Source of the DNA: a candidate division FCPU426 bacterium
GTDB taxonomy: Bacteria > Oederibacteriota > Muellerivitia > Muellerivitales > Muellerivitaceae
Assembly: GCA_963719085.1 (NCBI GenBank)
Contig: CAVRAL010000004.1
Coordinates: 224,001 to 288,000, forward strand
Length of the DNA stretch: 64,000 nt
Direction: 5' to 3'
Shown here: piece by piece, positions 10,168 through 18,964 of the stretch
Numbering within the stretch: position 1 is the first letter of the stretch
How the letters are laid out: each line of letters opens with the position of its first letter
Notes under the pieces: generated by a model
Database searches by the model: none
Told to the model about the DNA's origin: nothing
What the model saw: only the letters and a program-made list of their open reading frames with translations
Program-made: the position numbers and the translations under genes

Positions 10168-10273
10168 TTTCACCGCCAAGACGCCAAGTTCGCCAAGGAC
10201 ACCCAAGGCGAAAATGTTTCAAATGAAAATCTTTGATTTTTTTCTTGGTGAACTTGGCGTCTTGGCGGTGAAA
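10168..10273. repeat. long intergenic palindrome (CGCCAAG-repeat family)
   Basis: 32-bp arms 10168-10199 and 10242-10273, 30/32 complementary. Confidence 0.85.
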
Positions 10274-10316
10274 CGGTTTTAGATTTTTACTTAATTAAAC
10301 CAAAGAAAGGCGACCC

Positions 10317-10784
10317 ATGACCGCTGCGGAACAAGTCCGGGAAGAAATGTCGAAACTCGGCGACTTGGCGAAAGCCGCCGGGATGGAACTGGTCCTGCCG
10401 CCGCCGGTCTGGCATGAGCTGGGCTGCGAGTTCATCGTTTTTGAGCCCGAGATAAAACTAACCGCCCGGGTGGCTTTCAATCCGCGTTTCACCAATCCCA
10501 CCGGCGCTTACCAGGGCGGGCTTATCACCGCCGCCATGGACAACGTATGGGGGCCGCTTTCGTATATGAGTTTGAAAGGACCCTGCGTGACGGTGGAACT
10601 GGGGACGACCTTCGTGCGACCCTTTTTAGCCGCCGATGAATCCATGGAAGTGACGGCCTCGGTCACGGCGATGACCCGTAACCTGATTTTTATGGAAGGC
10701 CGGGCCACGAGCGTTCAAAACGGGAAGCTTTTGGCTTTCGGCCGCACCCAGTGTATGCGAGTTCCAGCCCGGCATAAGCCTTGA
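10317..10784 (+). CDS. PaaI family hotdog-fold thioesterase
   Basis: NPTGAYQGG...AMD, TVELGTTFVRP. Confidence 0.85.
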   Translation: MTAAEQVREEMSKLGDLAKAAGMELVLPPPVWHELGCEFIVFEPEIKLTARVAFNPRFTNPTGAYQGGLITAAMDNVWGPLSYMSLKGPCVTVELGTTFVRPFLAADESMEVTASVTAMTRNLIFMEGRATSVQNGKLLAFGRTQCMRVPARHKP

Positions 10785-10788
10785 ATCC

Positions 10789-11172
10789 CTAAAGGTCCTT
10801 GATCGGGAACCCCTTCAACGCGGATATCACCACCCAAATCCCCATGCCGGTGAGAAAAAATCCAAAGCATAGTTTCAGCCAGTGGTCCCCCATTTTATGC
10901 GCGCCCAAAGCCCCCGCCCAAGCGCCGACAAAAAGACCCGTCGCAATCAGTATCCCCGCTTTCCAATCCACGTTTCCGTTGTGCCAATAAGCGAGAACCG
11001 CGGCTAGTCCCACGGGCGGAAGCAAAACCGCCAAGCTTGTCCCGACCGCCCTTTCTTGGGCGAACCCCGCCAATAGGCTCAAAGCCGGAACGATCAAGAC
11101 TCCGCCGCCGACGCCGAACAAACCCGACGCCACCCCGGCGGTTAAACCGATCAATAAAAAAAGAACTGTCAT
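10789..11172 (-). CDS. sulfite exporter TauE/SafE family (half-size)
   Basis: GLFGVGGGVLIVP, AVGTSL. Confidence 0.85.
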   Translation of the reverse strand: MTVLFLLIGLTAGVASGLFGVGGGVLIVPALSLLAGFAQERAVGTSLAVLLPPVGLAAVLAYWHNGNVDWKAGILIATGLFVGAWAGALGAHKMGDHWLKLCFGFFLTGMGIWVVISALKGFPIKDL

Positions 11173-11321
11173 GTTTTCTCCTTAACCAAGCTGACTCAGA
11201 AACCTTGGAATATTAAGAGTCCTTTCCTATTGTAACATTTAGGTTAAAGACACTTCCCGCCCCTCCCAACCACGGACCGAATGGATAAGATGCTTCCCCA
11301 TCGACCCCTCGGGAGAGTCTC

Positions 11322-12263
11322 ATGATCAAAAAAAGCTTCCTCAAAAAATTCCTTGTCCGCCCGGACAAACCGCTTTCATTTAAAAACCTTGATCCCGGTT
11401 GGGCTTCCCACAAGGACCTCTTGGACCGTTTCGGCGAGGAACGGGTCCAAAAAATCGCCAAAAAAATATTGAAGCGTAACCTGTCCAACCTGGCCGAGGC
11501 CCAGAGCCTGCTTTGGGCCAGCGACACTTACGGCGTGCTCATCATTTTGCAGGCCATGGACGCCGCCGGCAAAGACGGCATCATCCGGCACGTCATGTCG
11601 GGCCTCAATCCCCAAGCCTGTCAGGTGCATAATTTTAAAAAACCTACCAACGAGGAACTGGACCACAATTTCCTCTGGCGCTATATGCGGGCCCTGCCCC
11701 AAAGGGGAAAAATCGGCATCTTCAACCGTTCTTATTATGAGGACGTGCTGGTGGTGAAGGTGCACCCCGAGTATCTGGATTTCCAAAAATTGCCCCCGGG
11801 CATCAAGGGCGAGAACATTTGGAAACACCGTTACAGCGACATCAACCATTTCGAGAAGCACCTGACCCGCAACGGCATCATCGTGCTTAAGTTTTATCTG
11901 CACATCTCCAAGGAAGAACAACGCAAACGGCTTTTGGACCGGCTGGATAATCCGGCCAAGCACTGGAAATTTTCCGACAGCGACCTGCCCGAGCGGGCCT
12001 ATTGGGAAGATTACATGCGAGCTTACGAAAACGCCTTGATGGCTACCTCCACCGAATGGGCGCCCTGGTACATCGTGCCCGCCAACCATAAATGGGCGTC
12101 ACGGACCTTGGTGGCGGACATCTTGACCGGGACGATCACTTCATTAGGTTTGGAATATCCCAAGATCACACCCGAGCGTCGCAAGCGTTTAGAACTCGCC
12201 AAAATCCAGTTGGAGAATGAGCCTCCTGACGCGTCAGCGGATGCCGACGGCCTCACAGCCTAA
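11322..12263 (+). CDS. ppk2: polyphosphate kinase 2 family protein
   Basis: QAMDAAGKDG Walker A, FNRSYYEDVL, WKFSDSD. Confidence 0.92.
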   Translation: MIKKSFLKKFLVRPDKPLSFKNLDPGWASHKDLLDRFGEERVQKIAKKILKRNLSNLAEAQSLLWASDTYGVLIILQAMDAAGKDGIIRHVMSGLNPQACQVHNFKKPTNEELDHNFLWRYMRALPQRGKIGIFNRSYYEDVLVVKVHPEYLDFQKLPPGIKGENIWKHRYSDINHFEKHLTRNGIIVLKFYLHISKEEQRKRLLDRLDNPAKHWKFSDSDLPERAYWEDYMRAYENALMATSTEWAPWYIVPANHKWASRTLVADILTGTITSLGLEYPKITPERRKRLELAKIQLENEPPDASADADGLTA

Positions 12264-12279
12264 AGACGGGGACTCCTAA

Positions 12280-13683
12280 TTATCCGGCCGGGATGAGTTT
12301 CGGGCCGCAAATTTCCTCGAACTCCGCCGGAGGGGCTTTTTCCAAGGGCTCCAATAGCGGCGGTTGGCCTTGGGCCGCGCGCTCCGCGTTTTCCCGGTAT
12401 CTTTTTTTGATCCGCTCATCCAAAGCCTGGCGCGCGGGGCTGGCGAGCCCGGTTTTCGCGGAGGTGATCAACGAATTCACCCGGATCCTTCGGAAATAAC
12501 AATAGCGGTCCAGATTGACGACCTTCCCCACCCAAGCAGCCCGTAAAAGAAATTCCATATCGCCGCTGAAACGAAGCCCGGTGGCGTAGCCCCCGACCCG
12601 CTGGACCAGTTCCCGCGACACCAAACTGCTGGGATGAAGCAAGGCATAGGTGGGCGTTTCCCGGAGCGCTTGATGGACATCCAGCGGATACTGGTTGGGA
12701 AAAACGCTTTCCTTCAAATACATCATTTCCTGGCTTCCCACCAGTTCGGCGCCCGACCTTCGCGCTTCATGGAGAAGCCGCTCCAACCGGTCCCGGCTCG
12801 ACCAATCGTCCGCGTCCTGAAAAAGATAAGCGTCGTATTGGGTTTTCTCAATGGCGGATTGAATCAGCCGGTAGGGCCCCCCATTTTCTTTGGACCGCCA
12901 GAGGGTCGCCGTCTTAAACTTTTCCACCAGACTCCGGGGCGGATTCACCGAGCCGTCGTCCAAAACCAAAATCCCATCCGGCGGCCGGGTCTGGCTCACC
13001 AGCGATTCCAAACAACCCTCCAGCCACTCCTCGCATTGAAAATGGGGGATCAGCGCCAAGACCTTGGACTGGCCTGAAATTTTCGGGGACGAAACCAAAG
13101 CGACTTCCGGCTTTCGAACGGAAGCCGCCAGGGCGGGCGCGGAAATATAACCCAGGGGCAGTTCTTCCATCCGGGAAAAAGTTTCCAGATCCCGCAAGGC
13201 CGGAAGCCGCCAGCCGCCCCAGGGGCCCTGAAGCATGGCCGCCCCACCGATCCAACCCGAGACCGGCATTCCCAGCCGGGGTCCTTTTCTTTCCAAGGTC
13301 AAACTCAAGGGGGCCCAAGGTTTTATTTCCCCCGGCCCCAAAGGGGTTTCGTCCCAATCCGGCGGCGCGATCACGGGTTCACGCGCGGGGCAAAAAGCGA
13401 AAAGGCGGGTGGGACTCAAGGCGGTCAAATCGCGGAGCCGGTTGGCCTCCGCGATCTCGAGGGGGGAAATTCCGCGCGAACGCGCGGCCGAAAGAACCGC
13501 GTCTTTTTGTCCGGGCGCGCAAACCAGCACGATCTTTAGACGGGCCGCTCCCGGGCCGTACCAAAAGGCCTCCAACTTCGCGAGAAACGTTTCCAAATCA
13601 TTCCCGGTTTCGAGGAACAAGGTTCCCTTTAAAAAAGAAGGATCGGAGGGCGGCAGGGGCTCTTTCAAGGCGTTCGGGTCCAT
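12280..13683 (-). CDS. glycosyltransferase family 2 with N-terminal extension
   Basis: LDDGS, FQDADD, FSGDMEF. Confidence 0.8.
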   Translation of the reverse strand: MDPNALKEPLPPSDPSFLKGTLFLETGNDLETFLAKLEAFWYGPGAARLKIVLVCAPGQKDAVLSAARSRGISPLEIAEANRLRDLTALSPTRLFAFCPAREPVIAPPDWDETPLGPGEIKPWAPLSLTLERKGPRLGMPVSGWIGGAAMLQGPWGGWRLPALRDLETFSRMEELPLGYISAPALAASVRKPEVALVSSPKISGQSKVLALIPHFQCEEWLEGCLESLVSQTRPPDGILVLDDGSVNPPRSLVEKFKTATLWRSKENGGPYRLIQSAIEKTQYDAYLFQDADDWSSRDRLERLLHEARRSGAELVGSQEMMYLKESVFPNQYPLDVHQALRETPTYALLHPSSLVSRELVQRVGGYATGLRFSGDMEFLLRAAWVGKVVNLDRYCYFRRIRVNSLITSAKTGLASPARQALDERIKKRYRENAERAAQGQPPLLEPLEKAPPAEFEEICGPKLIPAG

Positions 13684-13741
13684 AGTGGGTTCAGACGTCG
13701 CGGACTTGGAAAAAAGGCTTTGGAATCAAACAATCCAAAAT

Positions 13742-13776
13742 AAAAAAGCCCCCGGGAAACCCCCGGGGGCCTTTTA
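13742..13776 (-). terminator. intrinsic terminator after sodB
   Basis: AAAAAAGCCCCCGGG-AAAC-CCCCGGGGGCCTTTT. Confidence 0.75.
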
Positions 13777-13799
13777 AAAACGCTGAATTGACGCCAAAT

Positions 13800-14387
13800 C
13801 TAAACGGTCTCGAAATTCTTTCCCGCGAATTCCCAGTTGAGCACCTTCCAAAAAGCTTCCACGTACTTGGCCCGGGCGTTGCGGTAATCGATATAATAAG
13901 CGTGTTCCCACACGTCGCAGGTAAAAAGCGGCGTGCCCGATCCCGTGTGGGCCGGGGTCTCGGCGTTGCCCGTGGCCTCAATCTTCAGGCTCTTGTCCTT
14001 GGCCGCCACCAGCCAGGCCCAACCCGACCCGAACTGCCCCAAAGCCGCGGCCGTGAATTGTTTCTCAAACTCGGCCTGCGACCCGAAGCTTTTCGTGATG
14101 GCCTCGGCCAAGGCGCCCTTGGGCGATTGGTTTTTCTGCGCGCTCAGGCTGTTCCAGTAAAAAGAATGGTTCCAATGCTGGGCCGCGTTGTTAAAAAGCC
14201 CGCCGGTGGCTTTTTTCACGATTTCTTCCACGCTTTTATTGTCGAACTCCGTACCCGGGACCAATTTGTTCAAATTGTCCACGTAGGTCTGGTGGTGCTT
14301 CCCATAATGAAAATCAAAAGTCTCGGAAGAAAGATAAGGCGCCAAGGCGTCCTTGGCGTAAGGCAACTGCGGCAAAGTAAAAGGCAT
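13800..14387 (-). CDS. sodB: Fe/Mn superoxide dismutase (Fe-type likely)
   Basis: Start MPFTLPQLPY; HYGKHH, FNNAAQHWNH, FGSGWAW, DVWEHAYY. Confidence 0.95.
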   Translation of the reverse strand: MPFTLPQLPYAKDALAPYLSSETFDFHYGKHHQTYVDNLNKLVPGTEFDNKSVEEIVKKATGGLFNNAAQHWNHSFYWNSLSAQKNQSPKGALAEAITKSFGSQAEFEKQFTAAALGQFGSGWAWLVAAKDKSLKIEATGNAETPAHTGSGTPLFTCDVWEHAYYIDYRNARAKYVEAFWKVLNWEFAGKNFETV

Positions 14388-14574
14388 ATGCGCTCCCTTG
14401 ATGTCAATATTTTCGTCTCCGGGCGATTGAACAACGCGGCCCCAAATGAAGTCAAGGCCGTCCTGAAAGTTTTCAGGAAACCAAACCCCTGAACGGGCCC
14501 GGGGAGGGCTTGAATTTCGTCTGAAGGAAGAGGTTACTAGGGGCGTCGATCCATACCTTAAAGCCGGAGGGACC

Positions 14575-15426
14575 ATGCGGGCACGGAAGCTGTTTTTATT
14601 GATTTGGGCCGCCTTAAGCGCAGCCCCGCTTTGGGCGCGCCCCGGCTCCACCGAGGATAACGGCTACAAAGCCTCCTTTTCCGAAACCCTGCCCGGACTG
14701 GACGAGCAAACCTCGCTCCAAGCCCCGCCCACCATCACGGCCACCGTGCTGGATAAATTCCGCTCCACCCAAACGGTTTTCCCGCTCAATTTTTACGCCG
14801 TCCCCCAATTTTTTTTGGAGGAGGACCGGCTCAATTTGATAGGCCGCCTCAACCGGCAAACCGCGCCCGAGGGGCCGCGCTACGCTTTTATCCAAATCAG
14901 CCTTTCCAATCAACCCGACTCCCGGCAGTTTCAACCTTTAAAAAAATACTTTTTTTCCCCCGACAACCAATTTTTGCTCGCGGTGTTCGACGGACAGGAC
15001 AAGCCCGACTCCATCGGTTTTATCCGGCTGAGCGAAGCCCCGGCCCAATTGGGCTGGCTTTTGGCCAATGGCGGGGCCTTGAACCTTTTTCAAGAATCGA
15101 TTCCCAGCCTGGGATCGCCGGTTACCTTGAATGACCCGGTTGGCTGGTCCGCCGACGGGAAAACTTGTGTTTTCATCCTGAGCGCCCCCGACAGCGGCGC
15201 CGTCGTGAAAAATTATTTGGTGAGCGTGGATCTGACCCAAGACCGGGCCAAGCCGGCTGTGGCGCCCTTGGATTTGTCCCCTTATCATTACGGCTCGGGC
15301 GCGGTCATCACCCAAATCGTCACCGACGGCCGAAACGCGGTTTTCACTTTCAACCGCAATGATTCCGCCGACACCGCCCCCGTCACCTTCGCCTTGCCCC
15401 AGCCCCCGGCATCCCCGGCCCCATAA
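14575..15426 (+). CDS. hypothetical exported protein (beta-propeller-like fragments)
   Basis: Signal peptide, FSPDNQFL and WSADGK motifs, GGAGG RBS. Confidence 0.6.
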   Translation: MRARKLFLLIWAALSAAPLWARPGSTEDNGYKASFSETLPGLDEQTSLQAPPTITATVLDKFRSTQTVFPLNFYAVPQFFLEEDRLNLIGRLNRQTAPEGPRYAFIQISLSNQPDSRQFQPLKKYFFSPDNQFLLAVFDGQDKPDSIGFIRLSEAPAQLGWLLANGGALNLFQESIPSLGSPVTLNDPVGWSADGKTCVFILSAPDSGAVVKNYLVSVDLTQDRAKPAVAPLDLSPYHYGSGAVITQIVTDGRNAVFTFNRNDSADTAPVTFALPQPPASPAP

Positions 15427-15505
15427 AAATAAATATAAACATCGACGCAAATTTTCCCGGTCCCTAAAATTCACCGCGTACCTTTATCCCCCTCAAAGGA
15501 CTTCC

Positions 15506-17500
15506 GTGATCCCCATTCACTCCTGGTGGAAAAACCTAGCCGAGGAAGAAACGGAAGAGGCCTCGCTTTTTCAAACCGAGCGGGCCCGCATCATCCGGGC
15601 CTTGCTTCTTTTAGGCGTTTTTATGACGACCTTTTTCATGGTCCTGGCCCTTCTCCAGGGTCAAAAATTTCCCTGGCTCCCCCTGCTGACCACCTCGGAC
15701 CTGCTGGCGCTGGCCTATTGGATTGACCGCAGGCCCCAGGACTACCGCTGGGTCTCGCGCCTGCTTTTTTTCCCTTCCCTGGGGCTAATCTTTTTGGATG
15801 TCTTAAGCTGGCCGCCGGACGTCTTGGCCCCGCCCCTGGTTTTTTTGCCCACCATGGCTTATTTCGCGGTACTTTTGGACGGCCCCCGGGCCGGAATTAT
15901 TTTGACCGCTTTGGAGCTGGGCCTTCTGTGGCTTTACGCTTTTCTTTTTCCCCAAAGCGGCCTCGCCGAATCCATGGCCCTTTCCAATTTGTATTTGGTG
16001 ACTCCGGGATACTTCGTCATCGGCTGGATGGCCTGGCGCCAATTCCGCGATTTGGGCCGGTCGGCGGCCTCCAACGCCGCCGCCTTGAAAAGCCTGACCG
16101 GGGAATGCGATCAAATTCTGGACACGATTTTTCAATCCCTTGAGGAAAAAGTATCCCAAACCCGCCGCCTTTTGCGCGGGGCCAATCCCGTGTCTTTACC
16201 GGCCCTGCGCGCCGAGGTCAACGGCATGGCCGATCGGCTGAAAGAGTTCACTGGCAAATCCCTGGGCATCCATCGGGAAGAATTGCCGGTCCCCGGCCCC
16301 CCGCTCCTGGACCAAGCCCGGCTCAAAATGATCGGCGCCTTCGTCGCCTTCATGCTTTTCTTTTTCACCCTGGGCGCCGTGCGAAACGTCCTCTTTTACC
16401 ACGCCCGAGACTGGTTCGTGCTCCTCGCTCCCCTGTCCTTGATGGCGCTTTTTCAATTGATTCTTTTCCTGCCCCGCTTGACGCCCAAAGCTTTGCCCTG
16501 GATTTTCAACCTGGCCCTTTATCTTTGCTTTCTTCCCGCCTTTTGTTACTGGGGTCGGGAATCCCTGTCGCCGCCGCTATTCGTCATCCCCCTTTTCGTG
16601 GTCGTAGCCTCGCTGACCGGACCCCTGCGGTTGGGCTTGACCGCGCTGGGGCTTTATCTGGCCGTCCTGGGCTGGTTTTTCGCCTCCCCCGTGATTTGGC
16701 TCAAACCCCAGCTTTACATTTTGATCTATCTGGCCCTGCTGGCTCCGGACCTTTTGGCCGCGGGTTGGATTTTTTGGCGGCTTCGCAACCGCCAATTTGA
16801 GCGCCGGGTCGCGCAAACGGAAAGTTACCACCGTTCTTTAAGGATGCGCCGACGCCTTTTAGGAACCCTTTTGCACGACATGCGCAATCCCTTGTCCGTG
16901 TTGTCCGCTTTGGCGCTGGAAAGCCCGTCCCAACGGGAATGGGCGACCATTCGGGATATGGCGGATCGGATGGCGGATATCCTTAAAAGCGGGCGGGATC
17001 TGTTGGACGTGGAAGGCTTGGCCCCCCGCCATTTGTTGAAACCCGTGGCGTGGGAATGGATGGTCGAGGAAATCCAGACGCTCTTTACTTTTCAAATGCG
17101 GGAAAAAGAAATCACTTTGGAAACCGCGGGCGATCCCGGCCTCAAGGCCCTCGCTATGCCGGATCTTTTGGTGAATTCCATCGTGGCCAATTTGGTTTCC
17201 AACGCCCTGAAATTCTCGCCCCGGGGTTCGGTCCTGCGCCTGGAAGCTAAGGAAGAATTGAACGAGCTGGTAATCCGGTTCGTGGACCGGGGCCCGGGTT
17301 TTTCCAAGTCCCAATTGGAAGCCTTTCGGCTGGGACAAAGCCTGGAAAGTTCCCCCGGTACCGAAGGCGAGTCCGGCATGGGGCTGGGGCTTTTTTTATC
17401 CAGGGATTACGCCCGCTTCATGGGGGGGGATTTGGTACTTCGCTTAAGAACCGAGGAGGGCGGCGCCAACGAGGTGATTTTGCGGCTGAAAAAAGCCTGA
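15506..17500 (+). CDS. multi-TM sensor histidine kinase
   Basis: HDMRNPL H-box, NLVSNALKFS, DRGPG, GMGLGL; GTG start after AAGGA. Confidence 0.88.
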   Translation: MIPIHSWWKNLAEEETEEASLFQTERARIIRALLLLGVFMTTFFMVLALLQGQKFPWLPLLTTSDLLALAYWIDRRPQDYRWVSRLLFFPSLGLIFLDVLSWPPDVLAPPLVFLPTMAYFAVLLDGPRAGIILTALELGLLWLYAFLFPQSGLAESMALSNLYLVTPGYFVIGWMAWRQFRDLGRSAASNAAALKSLTGECDQILDTIFQSLEEKVSQTRRLLRGANPVSLPALRAEVNGMADRLKEFTGKSLGIHREELPVPGPPLLDQARLKMIGAFVAFMLFFFTLGAVRNVLFYHARDWFVLLAPLSLMALFQLILFLPRLTPKALPWIFNLALYLCFLPAFCYWGRESLSPPLFVIPLFVVVASLTGPLRLGLTALGLYLAVLGWFFASPVIWLKPQLYILIYLALLAPDLLAAGWIFWRLRNRQFERRVAQTESYHRSLRMRRRLLGTLLHDMRNPLSVLSALALESPSQREWATIRDMADRMADILKSGRDLLDVEGLAPRHLLKPVAWEWMVEEIQTLFTFQMREKEITLETAGDPGLKALAMPDLLVNSIVANLVSNALKFSPRGSVLRLEAKEELNELVIRFVDRGPGFSKSQLEAFRLGQSLESSPGTEGESGMGLGLFLSRDYARFMGGDLVLRLRTEEGGANEVILRLKKA

Positions 17501-17517
17501 TTCCCCCCGCGCCATTC

Positions 17518-17637
17518 AACCAAGACCCACTGCCCACGCAAAGACACTAAGACACAAAGGTAATCAAATCATTTTGTTAAGACTTTCCTCTGATTTTGCC
17601 CTTCTTGGCGTCTTTGCGTGGGCAGTGGGTGTTGGTT
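17518..17637. repeat. MITE-like 120-bp palindromic element related to the GxxExxY flanks
   Basis: 35-bp arms 17518-17552 and 17603-17637, 32/35 complementary, termini AACCAA...TTGGTT. Confidence 0.85.
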
Positions 17638-17671
17638 TTAGCCTTTATCTATAAGCTGTTTTTCCCGCCGC

Positions 17672-18964
17672 TTATTCCAATTGTTTTAAGTGTTTCAAGG
17701 CCGTCTCATTGCCCGGCTCCCATTTCAGCGCGGAGCGATAATCCTTCGCGGCCGCCGTCAAATGCCCCGGGTCCGTGGAATGGTATTGCTCAATGACGCC
17801 CAGCATGGCGAAGGTTTCCGCGTAATAAAAACCCTCAACCGATTTATCCCGGATGGCCGAGGCTTGCCGCAAGAGGGACGCGGAGGCCGCGTAGTCGCCT
17901 TTTTGATAAGCGGCGATGCCCTTTTTATAGGTTTGCCGCATATCTAAAACCGGCGCGGGGGTTGGCGTTGCCGCCGCGGGCTCCGCCGTCGGTGTGGGGC
18001 TCGGGACGGGCGTCGCTTGAACTTCTTTTTTCGGCGGCGGCGACTGCGCCGGAGCCTCCGGTTTTTCATCGCCGAAATCATAGGTCAGCGCCGCCTTATT
18101 CGTCAGTCCCAGGTCCCCGTAAGAAACCAGCGAGTAATCCAATTGAAGTTGTCCCACCTTTAACCCTACGCCGCCCCCGAACCCGGCCTGATCCTGATAT
18201 TGAAAGGACAGGGTCGACCACTCATAGCCAACCCGGATAAAAAGGGTTTGGTCATAAGCCCATTCCAGGCCATGGTGGAATACCGCCGGCCCCGAGGGAA
18301 AGGTCGCGTCGGTGGCCAGGCGGAAGCGGGAATCCCGGGGGCCGAAACCCAGTTCCCCGCCCAAATAAAATTCCGTGGGCAGGCTGTAGCCCGATGCCGA
18401 TCCTAAATTGCGCAGACCCGCCGAAAAGCTCCCCCAGGATTGGCGGTAAAGCGCCCCCGCGTCCAAGCCAAACCCGCTCACGCTGTAACCCGTGTAGGAT
18501 TCGCTTTCGGCTTTGGCCGAAAGTCCCAGCGCCCAAGACCCGAACCGAAAAGAGGAAGCCAAGGCCGCGGCGAAGGCCTGGGGCGTTTGGCTTCCGATGG
18601 GATTTCCGAAAGCGTCCCGGTTTTGGAAGGAGCCGAAATTGACGTAGGAAACCCGGCCGCCCAGCGCGCCCCAGTCGGTGGGGAAAACCGCGTTCACATC
18701 CTGGAAAAAAGTGTCCTGAAACCATTGGTTGTAGGTGGTTTGGATCTCGGAATTTTGGATCCAGGCCAATCCCGCGGGGTTCCAGTAGATCGCGCTGGGA
18801 TCATCCGCCAAAGCCGAAAAGGCCCCGCCCAAAGCCGCGGCTTGGGCCCCCGCCTGGGCGTTCATCGATTGGAGGGCGTCTTGGGCCTGGGAAAGGCTTT
18901 GCCCCTGGATGGTTTTCGCGGAAAAAAAAACCAAAAATAAAATGGCAAAATTTTTAACTTTCAT
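17672..18964 (-). CDS. PorV/PorQ-like (UPF0164) beta-barrel protein with C-terminal TPR
   Basis: ALGGAFSALADDPSAIYWNPAGL, LDYSLVSYGDLG, Pro/Thr linker, TPR-like tail. Confidence 0.8.
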   Translation of the reverse strand: MKVKNFAILFLVFFSAKTIQGQSLSQAQDALQSMNAQAGAQAAALGGAFSALADDPSAIYWNPAGLAWIQNSEIQTTYNQWFQDTFFQDVNAVFPTDWGALGGRVSYVNFGSFQNRDAFGNPIGSQTPQAFAAALASSFRFGSWALGLSAKAESESYTGYSVSGFGLDAGALYRQSWGSFSAGLRNLGSASGYSLPTEFYLGGELGFGPRDSRFRLATDATFPSGPAVFHHGLEWAYDQTLFIRVGYEWSTLSFQYQDQAGFGGGVGLKVGQLQLDYSLVSYGDLGLTNKAALTYDFGDEKPEAPAQSPPPKKEVQATPVPSPTPTAEPAAATPTPAPVLDMRQTYKKGIAAYQKGDYAASASLLRQASAIRDKSVEGFYYAETFAMLGVIEQYHSTDPGHLTAAAKDYRSALKWEPGNETALKHLKQLE

